Origin: Nitrospirota bacterium
Lineage (GTDB): Bacteria; Nitrospirota; Nitrospiria; JACQCE01
Direction: 5' to 3'
Length of the DNA: 64,000 bases
Assembly: GCA_016201765.1 (NCBI GenBank)
Contig: JACQCE010000012.1
Location: 8,136-72,135 of the forward strand
Position numbers and translations under genes: made by a program. This document shows, one piece after another, positions 53,274 to 62,741 of this stretch; position 1 is the stretch's first letter, and every line of letters begins with the position of its first letter. Under the pieces are notes generated by a model. The model made no database searches and was not told where the DNA came from. It saw only the letters and a program-made list of their open reading frames with translations.

Positions 53274-54059
53274 ATGACCGATGAGGTGAGCGCTCAAGGC
53301 GGGCGGCGGCCCATGCAGCGGCAAACGGTTCATGTGGTCCTGCCGGCCTACAATGAGGAATCCAGGATCGGGGCGCTGCTGGACCGCATTGATATGGCCA
53401 TGTGGGAGGAAGGGTTCTCCTACCGGGTCATCGTCATCGATGACGGCAGTCGCGACGCGACGGCGGCCATCGTTCGCGATCACGGCTCTCATATGCCGAT
53501 CCTGCTGAAGCGGCATGAGACGAATCAAGGGCTGGGAGCTGCCCTCCGGGACGGACTGATCATCGCGATGGAGTCGGCGGCGGAGCGGGACATCATCGTC
53601 ACCATGGATGCGGACGACACCCATACGCCGGGGCTGATCGTGCACATGGTCCGGATGATTCGCGAGGGGTGCGACGTGGTCATCGCGTCCCGGTATCAGC
53701 CGCAATCGCAAACTTATGGCGTGCCGGTGACGCGGCGGTTCTTCAGTTATGCCGGATCCCTTCTGTGTCGATGGGTGCTGCCCATCCAGGGGGTGCGTGA
53801 TTTTACAAGCGGCTTTCGAGCCTACAGGGCGGATGTCCTCAGCCGGGCCGTTCAGCAATATGGCGGCGATTTTCTGGATCAGGACGGTTTTCAGTGCATG
53901 GTGGATATTCTCTTCAAGCTGAGACGGTTGCGGTTGATCTTCGGCGAAGTGCCGATGATCCTCCGCTATGATCTCAAGCAGGGCGCCAGCAAAATGAACA
54001 TCATGAAGACGGCTCGTGAGACGTTGATGTTGCTGTTCAAACGACGGTTTGGGACATGA
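53274..54059 (+). CDS. GT2 glycosyltransferase (Dpm1/polyprenol-phosphate sugar synthase-like), second copy
   Basis: VVLPAYNEE, VIDDGSRD and TMDADDTH motifs. Confidence 0.85.
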   Translation: MTDEVSAQGGRRPMQRQTVHVVLPAYNEESRIGALLDRIDMAMWEEGFSYRVIVIDDGSRDATAAIVRDHGSHMPILLKRHETNQGLGAALRDGLIIAMESAAERDIIVTMDADDTHTPGLIVHMVRMIREGCDVVIASRYQPQSQTYGVPVTRRFFSYAGSLLCRWVLPIQGVRDFTSGFRAYRADVLSRAVQQYGGDFLDQDGFQCMVDILFKLRRLRLIFGEVPMILRYDLKQGASKMNIMKTARETLMLLFKRRFGT

Positions 54060-54133
54060 CCGGCCGTGTCAGGACCGCGGTCGTTTGAAAAGAGTTGGAT
54101 TGAACCGGCCTGTCGCCCCCGGGCGGGTTCATC

Positions 54134-56086
54134 ATGTTGAATCACGTGCTCAGGATGCATGATCGACACCCGGAACGGCTCATCATCCTGTTGCTGATTG
54201 TCCTCACCCTCGCCGCCTACCGGCCGGCACTCCACTACGAGTTCATCAATTACGATGATTACACCTATGTCTCGAAGAATCCCCATCTGAAGGACGGTCT
54301 CACATGGAACGCCGTGCAATGGGCGGTTTCCACCGGTCTGGTGACCAATTATCATGAGGAATTGTGGATCCCGGTCACCTACCTCTCCCATCTGGCGACG
54401 ATCGAGCTGTTTGGCTTCGACCCTGCCTGGCATCACGGGGTCAACGTCGGTCTGCATGTCGTCAACACCGTCCTGCTGTTTCTGCTGCTCCGGAGGATGA
54501 CGGGAGCCCTGTGGCCCGGTGCGTGCGTGGCCGCGCTGTTTGCGGTGCACCCGCTGCATGTGGAGTCGGTCGCCTGGGTCGTTGAGCGCAAGGATGTGCT
54601 GAGCGCGTTGTTTTTGATCCTGACACTGCTGGCGTATGTCCGGTACGCCGAGCAACCGACGCGGCCCCGGTATCTCGCGGTGGCGGCGGCGCTGGCGCTG
54701 GGCCTGATGTCGAAGCCCATGCTGGTGACCGCGCCGTTCATCCTCCTGCTCCTGGACTACTGGCCGCTGGACCGCTTCGGGTCGGGCGGGTCAAACCGGC
54801 ACGACGGCATCATGACGGCGTGGAAACTGGTGTGGGAAAAACTGCCGTTGTTCGGCCTCGTGGCGGTGTTCAGCGCGCTGACGTACTTTTTGAAAGGCGG
54901 GGGGATGGCCACGCGTTCGATGGAATGGTTCCCGCTGTGGGTTCGCGCCGGGAATGCCCTTGTGTCCTACGTTGGTTACATCGAAAAGATGCTCTGGCCT
55001 CTCGGATTGGCGGTGTTTTACCCCCACCCGGGCCAGACCCTCCCTCCATGGCGGGTGGTCGGCGCCGTGGTGGTGCTGTCGCTGGTGTCGATCGTGGTCG
55101 TCCGGATGCGCCGCCGGCGGCCCTATCTTGTGACGGGATGGTTGTGGTACCTCGTGACGCTTCTGCCGGTGATCGGTTTCATCCAGATCGGCGGTCAGGC
55201 GATGGCCGATCGTTTTACCTATGTGCCGCTGATCGGTCTGTTCATCATGATGAGCTGGGGCATTGACGACCTGACGGCCGCATGGCCGGCGCGGAGAGTC
55301 GTGCTGGCGGCGTCGGCCGGCGCGCTGCTGCTGATCCTGCTGATCCTGACGCGCGCGCAGCTGACCCATTGGCGGAACAGTCTGACGCTGTTCGAGCATG
55401 CGCTCGGCGTGACAGCCAACAACTACGTGGCGCACAACAATCTCGGCATGGCGTTGTACGATCAGGGCAGGGTCGAGGAGTCGATCGCCCATTATGCCGA
55501 GGCGTTGCGCATTCAGCCGAATTTTTCGCCGGCGCACTGCAACCGTGCGGACGCCCTGGCAAAACTGGGACGGTTCGATGAGGCGAAGGACGAATACGCC
55601 CGAACACTCGCGATCAATCCCGCCGATGTGCGCGCGCACGTCAACCTGGGCGTCGTCTTTGCCGGGCAGGGGAGATACGGGGAGGCCGTCCCGCATTACC
55701 GCCGGGCGCTGGCGCTCGAACCCGACAATCCGGACGCCCATAACAACCTGGGCGTGGCGCTGGTGGAATTGGGGAGCTACCAGGAGGCCGTCATGCATTA
55801 CAGGGAGGCGCTGGATGCCGGCGCAGCCGGCGGGCGGGTTCACAGCAATCTGGGCGTTGCACTGGCCAGGCAGGGGCGGTTTGACGAGGCGATGGAGCAG
55901 TTTCAACAAGCCCTGGCGGTCGAGCCCGATTCAGAACAGGCGCATAACAATCTGGGCTATGCCCTTCTTCAGCGGGGCCGCATTGATGACGCGATCGGGC
56001 AGTTCACCCGGACGCTGCAGATCAACCCCGCCAACGCAGCGGCACGACGGAATCTGAATGACGCCCTCGCGCGGCGCAATCGGTGA
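54134..56086 (+). CDS. GT-C-type membrane protein with TPR array, paralog 3
   Basis: FINYDDYTYV, GQAMADRFTYVP and at least 7 TPR units. Confidence 0.75.
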   Translation: MLNHVLRMHDRHPERLIILLLIVLTLAAYRPALHYEFINYDDYTYVSKNPHLKDGLTWNAVQWAVSTGLVTNYHEELWIPVTYLSHLATIELFGFDPAWHHGVNVGLHVVNTVLLFLLLRRMTGALWPGACVAALFAVHPLHVESVAWVVERKDVLSALFLILTLLAYVRYAEQPTRPRYLAVAAALALGLMSKPMLVTAPFILLLLDYWPLDRFGSGGSNRHDGIMTAWKLVWEKLPLFGLVAVFSALTYFLKGGGMATRSMEWFPLWVRAGNALVSYVGYIEKMLWPLGLAVFYPHPGQTLPPWRVVGAVVVLSLVSIVVVRMRRRRPYLVTGWLWYLVTLLPVIGFIQIGGQAMADRFTYVPLIGLFIMMSWGIDDLTAAWPARRVVLAASAGALLLILLILTRAQLTHWRNSLTLFEHALGVTANNYVAHNNLGMALYDQGRVEESIAHYAEALRIQPNFSPAHCNRADALAKLGRFDEAKDEYARTLAINPADVRAHVNLGVVFAGQGRYGEAVPHYRRALALEPDNPDAHNNLGVALVELGSYQEAVMHYREALDAGAAGGRVHSNLGVALARQGRFDEAMEQFQQALAVEPDSEQAHNNLGYALLQRGRIDDAIGQFTRTLQINPANAAARRNLNDALARRNR

Positions 56087-56093
56087 GCGCGGG

Positions 56094-57596
56094 TCACTTG
56101 CGCAGGTCCGCCCATTTGCCGGCCAGCTGCAGCGCCTGTTGCCAGCGGGTCTCGCCGGCTTCGGTCCCGCGGCTGGAACGTTGGGGTTGGAAACGGCCGG
56201 CGGGGCGGCTCACACGATCGAGCTCGTCAGGATTCTTCCAAAAGCCGCATTGCAGCCCCGCCAGATAGGCCGCGCCGCGCGAGGTGGTTTCATAGGTGCT
56301 CGAGAGACCGATCTCTTGCCGGAGCAGATCAGCCTGATGTTGCAACAACCAGCGGCTCTGCGCCGCCCCTCCGCCCGCCGTGATCCGGCGCGGCCGGCCG
56401 TGACGCTCCCGGCACATCCGGCCATAATTGTCATGCATCAGATGGGCGATGCCGGCCATCACGCTTCGGACGAGATCGGCCCGCGTGGTGTTTCTGTTCA
56501 ATCCGAAGAACGCCGTCTCCACCGGCGCGTAGTAAGGCGACCCGAGGCCGGCGAGCGACGGGATGCAGACCGGCTCTTCCCGCGAGGCCCGGCAGAGCGG
56601 GTCGATCTCATCCGGCTCATCGATCAGCCCGAGCCGGTCTTTGAGCCAGAGAATCAGTGAGCCGGCGGCATTGACCGTCCCTTCCAGCGCGTAGTCGATC
56701 CGGCCGGCCGTCGACCAGGCCGGCGTGCTCAGGAGTGTGGTTCGTCGTTGGGGGCGTGGGCCGATATTCCAGAGGAGGAACCCGCCGGTGCCGTAGGTGA
56801 GCGCGAGATGGCCGGGCCGGTAGCCGCCCTGGCCGATCAGCGAGGCCTGCTGGTCGCCGATGCTTGCGAGAATCGGAATCGCCCGGCCGTTGACGAAGGC
56901 CTCGCCGTACAACGCGGCGGTTGGCAGCAGTCGCGGCAGGATCGCCGGAGGAATTTCGAACAGATCAAGCAGCCTCTTGTCCCATCCGGCCGTGGCCAAC
57001 TCCATCATGAGCGTGCGGGAGCCGTTGGTGTGATCGGTGGCGTGAACGGCGCGTTGTCCGGATCGGGGGGATCGGGTCAGGTGCCAGATCAGGAAACTGT
57101 TCACCGTGCCGAAACAGAGATCGCCCGCCCGGGCGCGTCTTCTCAGGTCGGGTGAACGACGCAGGAGCCATCGAAGCTTGCCGATGGTCGAATGGGGCGT
57201 GAGCCGCAGGCCGGTCGTGCGCCGGATCAGCGGCTGATGGCGGGCCATGTCGGCGCAGGCTTCCGCGCCGCGTCGATCCTGCCAGCTGACGGCGCGGCCC
57301 AGGGGCCGGCCGGTGGCGCGATCCCAGAGCACAAACGTCGACCGTTGGTTGGTGATCCCGATGGCGGCGATGTTCCGCGCGCCCTCCTTGCCCAGCCAGG
57401 TCAGCGTCTTCCGCAGCGCGGCCATCTGGCCGCCGAGCAGATCGGCGGGCGCATGCTCGACCCGATCGGGGCCTGGAGTGATCGAGGCGAGCGGCACACG
57501 GGCAAGATAGGCGAGGCGTCCGGCGCGGGTGTAGAGGACGGCGCGGGAGCTGGTGCTGCCCTGATCGAGTACTAAGAGATATGAAGACGCGGCCAT
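56094..57596 (-). CDS. glpK: Glycerol kinase (FGGY family)
   Basis: LVLDQGSTSSRAVLY N-terminus and GAAYLAGLQCGFW near the C-terminus. ATG 57596 (the listed start is a TTG one codon earlier). Confidence 0.8.
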   Translation of the reverse strand: MAASSYLLVLDQGSTSSRAVLYTRAGRLAYLARVPLASITPGPDRVEHAPADLLGGQMAALRKTLTWLGKEGARNIAAIGITNQRSTFVLWDRATGRPLGRAVSWQDRRGAEACADMARHQPLIRRTTGLRLTPHSTIGKLRWLLRRSPDLRRRARAGDLCFGTVNSFLIWHLTRSPRSGQRAVHATDHTNGSRTLMMELATAGWDKRLLDLFEIPPAILPRLLPTAALYGEAFVNGRAIPILASIGDQQASLIGQGGYRPGHLALTYGTGGFLLWNIGPRPQRRTTLLSTPAWSTAGRIDYALEGTVNAAGSLILWLKDRLGLIDEPDEIDPLCRASREEPVCIPSLAGLGSPYYAPVETAFFGLNRNTTRADLVRSVMAGIAHLMHDNYGRMCRERHGRPRRITAGGGAAQSRWLLQHQADLLRQEIGLSSTYETTSRGAAYLAGLQCGFWKNPDELDRVSRPAGRFQPQRSSRGTEAGETRWQQALQLAGKWADLRK

Positions 57597-57597
57597 C

Positions 57598-57667
57598 AAA
57601 AAGGGGACAGGCTACTTTTTCTGATTATCGAGCATGGATGCCGTTGAAAAAGTAGCCTGTCCCCTTT
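57598..57667 (-). repeat. Family-2 long hairpin, copy 2, filling the whole macro-glpK spacer
   Basis: Same 22-bp stem as 35138-35210 with a different loop. It abuts the macro-domain stop (57669) and the glpK start (57596). Confidence 0.8.
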
Positions 57668-57668
57668 G

Positions 57669-58208
57669 CTATTCGCCGACGGAGAGTTCTTCGAGCGTGC
57701 GCTGATAGATCTTATAGGTCTTGTCGTCAAACAGGACGAACCGGACCAGTTCGATCTCCGGATGCTGAACCAGGTAGCCGCCGACGGTCGAGAGTGCGAT
57801 CCGGGCGGCCTCCTCGACCGGATAACGGTAGGCGCCGGTGCTGATTGAGGGGAAGGCGAGCGAGCGGATCCGGTGTTTGGAGGCCAGTTCCAGACTGCTC
57901 CGGTAACTTTTCTCCAGTAATCTGGGCTCGTTGTGCCGGCCGTCTTTGTAGACCGGGCCGACGGTGTGAATCACATGCTTGGCTTTGAGCTGTCCGCCCC
58001 CGGTCAGCCGCGCTTCGCCGGCCGGGCAGGGGGCGAGCGGTTTGCACTCCTCCATGATCGAAGGGCCGCCGGCTTTGTGAATCGCGCCGTCGACGCCGCC
58101 GCCCCCGCTCAGCGTGGTGTTGGCGGCGTTCACGATCGCGTCGGTCTCCTGGGCGGTGATGTCGCCCTTGATCAACTCGACGGCGGACCCTTTGATGGCA
58201 ATTCGCAC
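57669..58208 (-). CDS. Macro-domain protein (O-acetyl-ADP-ribose deacetylase/YmdB-like)
   Basis: DAIVNAANTTLSGGGGVDGAIHKAGG and SISTGAYRYP motifs. Confidence 0.88.
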   Translation of the reverse strand: MRIAIKGSAVELIKGDITAQETDAIVNAANTTLSGGGGVDGAIHKAGGPSIMEECKPLAPCPAGEARLTGGGQLKAKHVIHTVGPVYKDGRHNEPRLLEKSYRSSLELASKHRIRSLAFPSISTGAYRYPVEEAARIALSTVGGYLVQHPEIELVRFVLFDDKTYKIYQRTLEELSVGE

Positions 58209-58477
58209 AGCTCCTCCATTGAAGTCAGGGGGAGCTGTTCATCTCCCCCTGGGTCATTATATGTGGGGGCCGTGTGGTGCTGTAGCATCATCCCGAGATG
58301 AATTCCCCAAAAGCTTTGCTTTTGGGTCGGCGATGCCCCCACACCCCGGCCCCACCGCCCATACGCCGCATACACCCAATGGAGGTTGTCACATCGAGTG
58401 CGTGACGGGCGGGCGCCGGGCAGCGCGCAGCCTGTTTTATCACAAATCGATGGGGGAGTAAATCGACGCGGAAACCG

Positions 58478-58602
58478 GGTAGTGGGCCAGTTTGGCAAAA
58501 ATGGGGACACGTCCCAATTTCGTTGGTTGCCGCGCGCAGCATGAGGAAATTGGGACGTGTCCCTATTTTTGAAACATGTCACGGTGAACCTGGCCCACTA
58601 CC
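58478..58602 (+). mobile_element. MITE-like element, copy 7 (125 bp, left arm internally deleted)
   Basis: GGTAGTGGGCCAGTTT / (A)CCTGGCCCACTACC TIRs. Flanks GGAAACCG / GGAGGCCG match 6 of 8. It lies 17 nt downstream of the purC stop. Confidence 0.85.
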
Positions 58603-58619
58603 GGAGGCCGGACGGGCGC

Positions 58620-59534
58620 CTAGCCCTGATCTGTGAGCCGGCGGAGCGCTTCGGCATATTTGTCCGCCGTCTGGGCGATGACGTCCGGCGGCAGATGGGG
58701 CGCCGGCGGCTGGTGGTTCCAGCCCATCGCATCCAGCGCGTCCCGGACGAATTGCTTGTCGAAGCTCGGCTGGGACCGGCCGGGCCGGTAGCCGTCCTTC
58801 GGCCAGAAACGGGAGGAATCGGGGGTGAGCACTTCGTCGATCAGGACGAGCTGCTGCGTATCGGGTGCCACGCCGAACTCAAATTTGGTGTCGGCGATCA
58901 GAATGCCGCGCTGTTCCGCATAGGCGGCGGCCCGGGTGTAGATTTTGAGGCTCACCTCCCGGACCTCCTTGGCCAGCGCCTCGCCGATCCGCCCGGTCAT
59001 CTCCGCAAACGGGATGTTGACGTCGTGGCCGGTGGTCGCCTTGGTCGAGGGGGTGAAGACCGGTTCCGGCAGCCGGTCCGATTCGGTCAGTCCCTTCGGC
59101 AGCGGCACGCCGCAGACGGCGCCGCCGCTCTTGTATTCCTTCCAGCCGGAACCGGCCAGGTACCCGCGGACGATGCATTCGACCGGCAGGGGGGCGACTT
59201 TCTGCACCAGCATGCTCCGGCCGGCCAGTTGATCCCGGTAGGGACGGCAGGCCTCGGGGAACTCGTCGACATCCGCGGTGATCAGGTGATGGGGCACGAT
59301 ATCCTCCATCGCCCAGAGCCAGTTGAACCAGAAGGTCGACATCCGGGTGAGCAGGATGCCCTTGCCGGGAATCGGATCGGGCAGGATGACGTCGAAGGCG
59401 GAGATCCGGTCGGTGGCGATCAGGAGCAGTGCGTCACCCAGGTCGTAAATGTCCCGGACCTTGCCCTGCCGCCTGGGGCCGAGCCCCTTGAAATCGGTCT
59501 GGACCACCGTGGGCCCCTGCCGGCGTTGGTTCAT
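58620..59534 (-). CDS. purC: Phosphoribosylaminoimidazole-succinocarboxamide (SAICAR) synthase
   Basis: GKVRDIYD...LLLIATDRISAFD and ADTKFEFG motifs. ATG 59534 chosen. Confidence 0.9.
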   Translation of the reverse strand: MNQRRQGPTVVQTDFKGLGPRRQGKVRDIYDLGDALLLIATDRISAFDVILPDPIPGKGILLTRMSTFWFNWLWAMEDIVPHHLITADVDEFPEACRPYRDQLAGRSMLVQKVAPLPVECIVRGYLAGSGWKEYKSGGAVCGVPLPKGLTESDRLPEPVFTPSTKATTGHDVNIPFAEMTGRIGEALAKEVREVSLKIYTRAAAYAEQRGILIADTKFEFGVAPDTQQLVLIDEVLTPDSSRFWPKDGYRPGRSQPSFDKQFVRDALDAMGWNHQPPAPHLPPDVIAQTADKYAEALRRLTDQG

Positions 59535-59584
59535 GACGCGCCTCCTCCGTGTGAATCGTGCGGGCATCGTATAACAAGCGGGTT

Positions 59585-59619
59585 GGGAAAAGAAAGGGTG
59601 AGGGGTGAAGGGTAATGGG
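59585..59619 (+). repeat. GGGTGAAGG-type G-tract array (quadruplex-type motif)
   Basis: G-tracts at 59585, 59596, 59602, 59610 and 59617. It ends ...GGGTGAAGGAACA, like the 12298 array (...GGGTCAAGGAACA). Confidence 0.7.
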
Positions 59620-59695
59620 TGAAGGAACAAGCCAAGCGGAAGAAGCCGGAATTGACATTAATCAAAGACGGGCCATAAAGTAGAGCCAGGGCGTC

Positions 59696-60709
59696 ATGAA
59701 CACGAAACGTCTTCGTCTTATTCTGGTTGCGCTTGTCGTCATTATCGCGGCGACGGCCGGTTGGTGGTTTTCCACCGCCAACGGCCGGAGCGGCGGCGTG
59801 ATTCGATTGTCGGGCAATATCGAGGCGACCGAGACCGATGTCAGTTTCAAAGTGAGGGGGACGATTATCGAGCTGCCGGTCATCGAAGGCAGTTCGGTCG
59901 AGCGGGGGGCGGTGATCGCCAGGCTGGAAGATCATGACCTGCGGCAGCAGGCCGTTCTGGCGGAATCGATGTTGAATGTGGCCCAGGCGAAACTGAACGA
60001 ACTGCTGGCCGGTTCCCGGCCGCAGGAGATCAAGGCGGTGCTGGAACAGCTCAACCAAGCCGAGTCGGATCTGGATCGCGCGCGCAAGGATTTCGAGCGG
60101 GTGAAGACCCTGTATGAGCAGCAATTGGCCCCGGCCTCGTCCATGGACAACGCCGAGGCCACCTATCACATCGCCGACGCTGCGGCGACCCGCGCGCGGC
60201 AGCTCTACGAACTGGTCAAGGAGGGGCCTCGGCAGGAGGAGATTGCCAGCGCCCGGGCCTCGGTCGATCAGGCGCGGCAAAATCTGGAGCTGGCCAGGGT
60301 CCAGATAAGCTATGCAACGTTGGCGGCGCCGATCTCCGGCGTGGTCCTGGTCAAATCCGCCGAGGTGGGGGAGGTCGTCTCGCCCGGCACGCCGGTGGTG
60401 ACGCTGGGTGATATCGACCATGTCTGGCTGCGCGCCTATGTGAACGAATCCGATCTGGGACGCGTCACCTGGGGGCAATCGGTTGACGTGACCACCGACA
60501 CCTTTCCGGGCAAGCGCTATCACGGCACGATCGGCTACATCGCCTCCGAGGCGGAATTCACCCCCAAGAGCGTGCAAACGCAGAAGGAACGGGTCACACT
60601 CGTCTACCGGATCAAGGTCAATCTTGATAACCCGGACCGGGAACTGAAACCGGGGATGCCGGCGGACGGTGTCATCCACCTGTCCCCGGCCGCCGCCGGC
60701 GGTCACTGA
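59696..60709 (+). CDS. HlyD-family periplasmic adaptor (YbhG-like)
   Basis: N-terminal TM, long coiled-coil, and barrel-sandwich motifs (ISGVVLVKSAEVGEVV). Confidence 0.85.
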   Translation: MNTKRLRLILVALVVIIAATAGWWFSTANGRSGGVIRLSGNIEATETDVSFKVRGTIIELPVIEGSSVERGAVIARLEDHDLRQQAVLAESMLNVAQAKLNELLAGSRPQEIKAVLEQLNQAESDLDRARKDFERVKTLYEQQLAPASSMDNAEATYHIADAAATRARQLYELVKEGPRQEEIASARASVDQARQNLELARVQISYATLAAPISGVVLVKSAEVGEVVSPGTPVVTLGDIDHVWLRAYVNESDLGRVTWGQSVDVTTDTFPGKRYHGTIGYIASEAEFTPKSVQTQKERVTLVYRIKVNLDNPDRELKPGMPADGVIHLSPAAAGGH

Positions 60710-60777
60710 CCCCAACGGCGGCCGGCCCCCGCCCATCTATTGGCAGCGTCGACAACGAGATCCAGTGTGATGCCGAC

Positions 60778-61740
60778 ATGATGATCGACTGCCAGGGGCT
60801 GACCAAGCGGTTCGGAACGCAGACCGCGGTGGATCATCTCAGTTTGCAGGTCAATCAGGGCGAGATCTTCGGCCTCGTCGGGCCGGACGGCGCGGGCAAG
60901 ACCACCACGATCCGGATGCTCTGCGGCGTCATGACGCCGGACGACGGCGAGGCGCGCGTGGCCGGCATCGATGTGCGGCGGGAGCCGGACGCGCTCAAGC
61001 ACCGGATCAGCTACATGTCCCAGCGGTTCGGGCTTTACGGCGACCTGACCGTGGACGAAAATCTCCGCTTCTATGCCGATCTCTATGAAGTCCCCCGGCG
61101 AGAGCGGGAAGCGCGCATCCCCCGGTTGCTGTCCTTCTCCAATCTTGAGCCCTTCCGGCGCCGGCTGGCCGATCAGCTCTCCGGCGGAATGAAGCAAAAG
61201 CTGGGACTCGCCTGCGCGTTGATCCACACGCCGACGGTCCTCTTTCTGGACGAGCCGACGAACGGCGTCGATCCCATCTCACGCCGGGATTTCTGGCAAC
61301 TGCTGTACACCTTCCTTCAGGAAGGCGTCACGATTTTTATTTCCACCGCCTATCTCGACGAGGCGGAACGATGCAACCGGGTTGCGCTGCTCCATGAGGG
61401 CGGGCTGCTGGCCTACGACACGCCGGCCCGGATGAAGGGATTGCTCCGGGACACCGTGCTTGAGCTGCGATGCGATCAGAGCCGGACGGCCCGGGAGCTC
61501 CTCAAGCCGGTGCCGATCTTTAATGATGTTGTCATCGCAGGCGACCGGCTCCATCTGGTCGTGTCGGCCGCCGCCGGCGTGGAACGGGGCCGGACGGCGG
61601 TGCGCGAACGGCTGGAACAGGCCGGCATCACGATCCACCGGCTGGAGGCCGTGACACCTTCGCTGGAGGATCTGTTCATTGAGATCGTCCGGCGAAATCG
61701 TTCCAGCTCGACGGCCGTCGGACGAAGCGGGTCGGAGTGA
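60778..61740 (+). CDS. ABC transporter ATP-binding protein (ABC-2 type), first of two
   Basis: GPDGAGKTT, LSGGMKQKL and LFLDEPT motifs. Confidence 0.9.
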   Translation: MMIDCQGLTKRFGTQTAVDHLSLQVNQGEIFGLVGPDGAGKTTTIRMLCGVMTPDDGEARVAGIDVRREPDALKHRISYMSQRFGLYGDLTVDENLRFYADLYEVPRREREARIPRLLSFSNLEPFRRRLADQLSGGMKQKLGLACALIHTPTVLFLDEPTNGVDPISRRDFWQLLYTFLQEGVTIFISTAYLDEAERCNRVALLHEGGLLAYDTPARMKGLLRDTVLELRCDQSRTARELLKPVPIFNDVVIAGDRLHLVVSAAAGVERGRTAVRERLEQAGITIHRLEAVTPSLEDLFIEIVRRNRSSSTAVGRSGSE

Positions 61741-62741
61741 TGGCGCCGGGCTTGGACAACGGGCCGAGGGAGGCCGTGGCGGTCGAGGGGCTGGTCAAGC
61801 GTTTTGGCGCGTTTACGGCTGTTGACCATGTCAGTTTCAGCGTGACGCGCGGGGAGGTGTTTGGCTTTTTGGGGCCCAACGGTGCGGGCAAATCGACGAC
61901 AATCCGGATGCTCTGCGGCCTGCTTCTGCCGACTGAAGGGCGCGGCACGGTCTATGGACTTGATCTCTACACCGAATCGGAGCGGATCAAGCAGCATCTG
62001 GGCTACATGTCCCAGCGCTTCTCACTCTATGAGGAGCTGACCGTCAGGGAAAATCTGAGTTTCTACGGCGGCCTCTATGGACTGGATGAACGCGTGAAAC
62101 GGGAGCGCAGCCGCTGGGCGATGGAGATGGCCGATTTGTCGGAACGGGCCGACGAGACGGTCCGGTCGCTCTCGGGCGGCTGGAAACAACGACTGGCGCT
62201 GGGCTGCGCGCTCCTGCACGAGCCGCCGCTGCTCTTTCTGGACGAGCCGACCGCCGGCGTCGATCCGATCTCGCGGCGGCGCTTCTGGGACCTCATCTAT
62301 GATCTGGCCGGCCGGGGCGTGACCGTCTTTGTCACCACGCACTATATGGACGAGGCGGAATATTGCGACCGGCTGGCGCTGATCGACCGCGGCCGGATCA
62401 TCGCGCTGGGGACGCCGACCGAACTGAAGACGCGCCACATGACCCGGCGGGTGCTGGAGGTGGAATGTGAACCGCTGATTCCGGCGATGGAGCGGCTGGC
62501 GGGCTCGACGGTCGTGGAAGAGGCGGCGATCTTCGGCAACACGCTTCACGTCGTTGTGCGGGACGCCGACGAGGCGGCGGCCCGCCTCCGTCCTCTTCTT
62601 GAACGGCATGGGGTGACAGTGCGGCGCCTGGAGCCGATCACGCCGTCGCTGGAGGATGTCTTCGTCTCGTTGATTCAAGCCCAGGGAGTCCGGCAAACCG
62701 GCGCGGCCGGGGGAACGGGAGCGGGTCGTGGCGGGTCGTAA
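61737..62741 (+). CDS. ABC transporter ATP-binding protein (ABC-2 type), second
   Basis: GPNGAGKST, LSGGWKQRL and LFLDEPT motifs. Start overlaps the previous stop. Confidence 0.9.
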   Translation: MMAPGLDNGPREAVAVEGLVKRFGAFTAVDHVSFSVTRGEVFGFLGPNGAGKSTTIRMLCGLLLPTEGRGTVYGLDLYTESERIKQHLGYMSQRFSLYEELTVRENLSFYGGLYGLDERVKRERSRWAMEMADLSERADETVRSLSGGWKQRLALGCALLHEPPLLFLDEPTAGVDPISRRRFWDLIYDLAGRGVTVFVTTHYMDEAEYCDRLALIDRGRIIALGTPTELKTRHMTRRVLEVECEPLIPAMERLAGSTVVEEAAIFGNTLHVVVRDADEAAARLRPLLERHGVTVRRLEPITPSLEDVFVSLIQAQGVRQTGAAGGTGAGRGGS

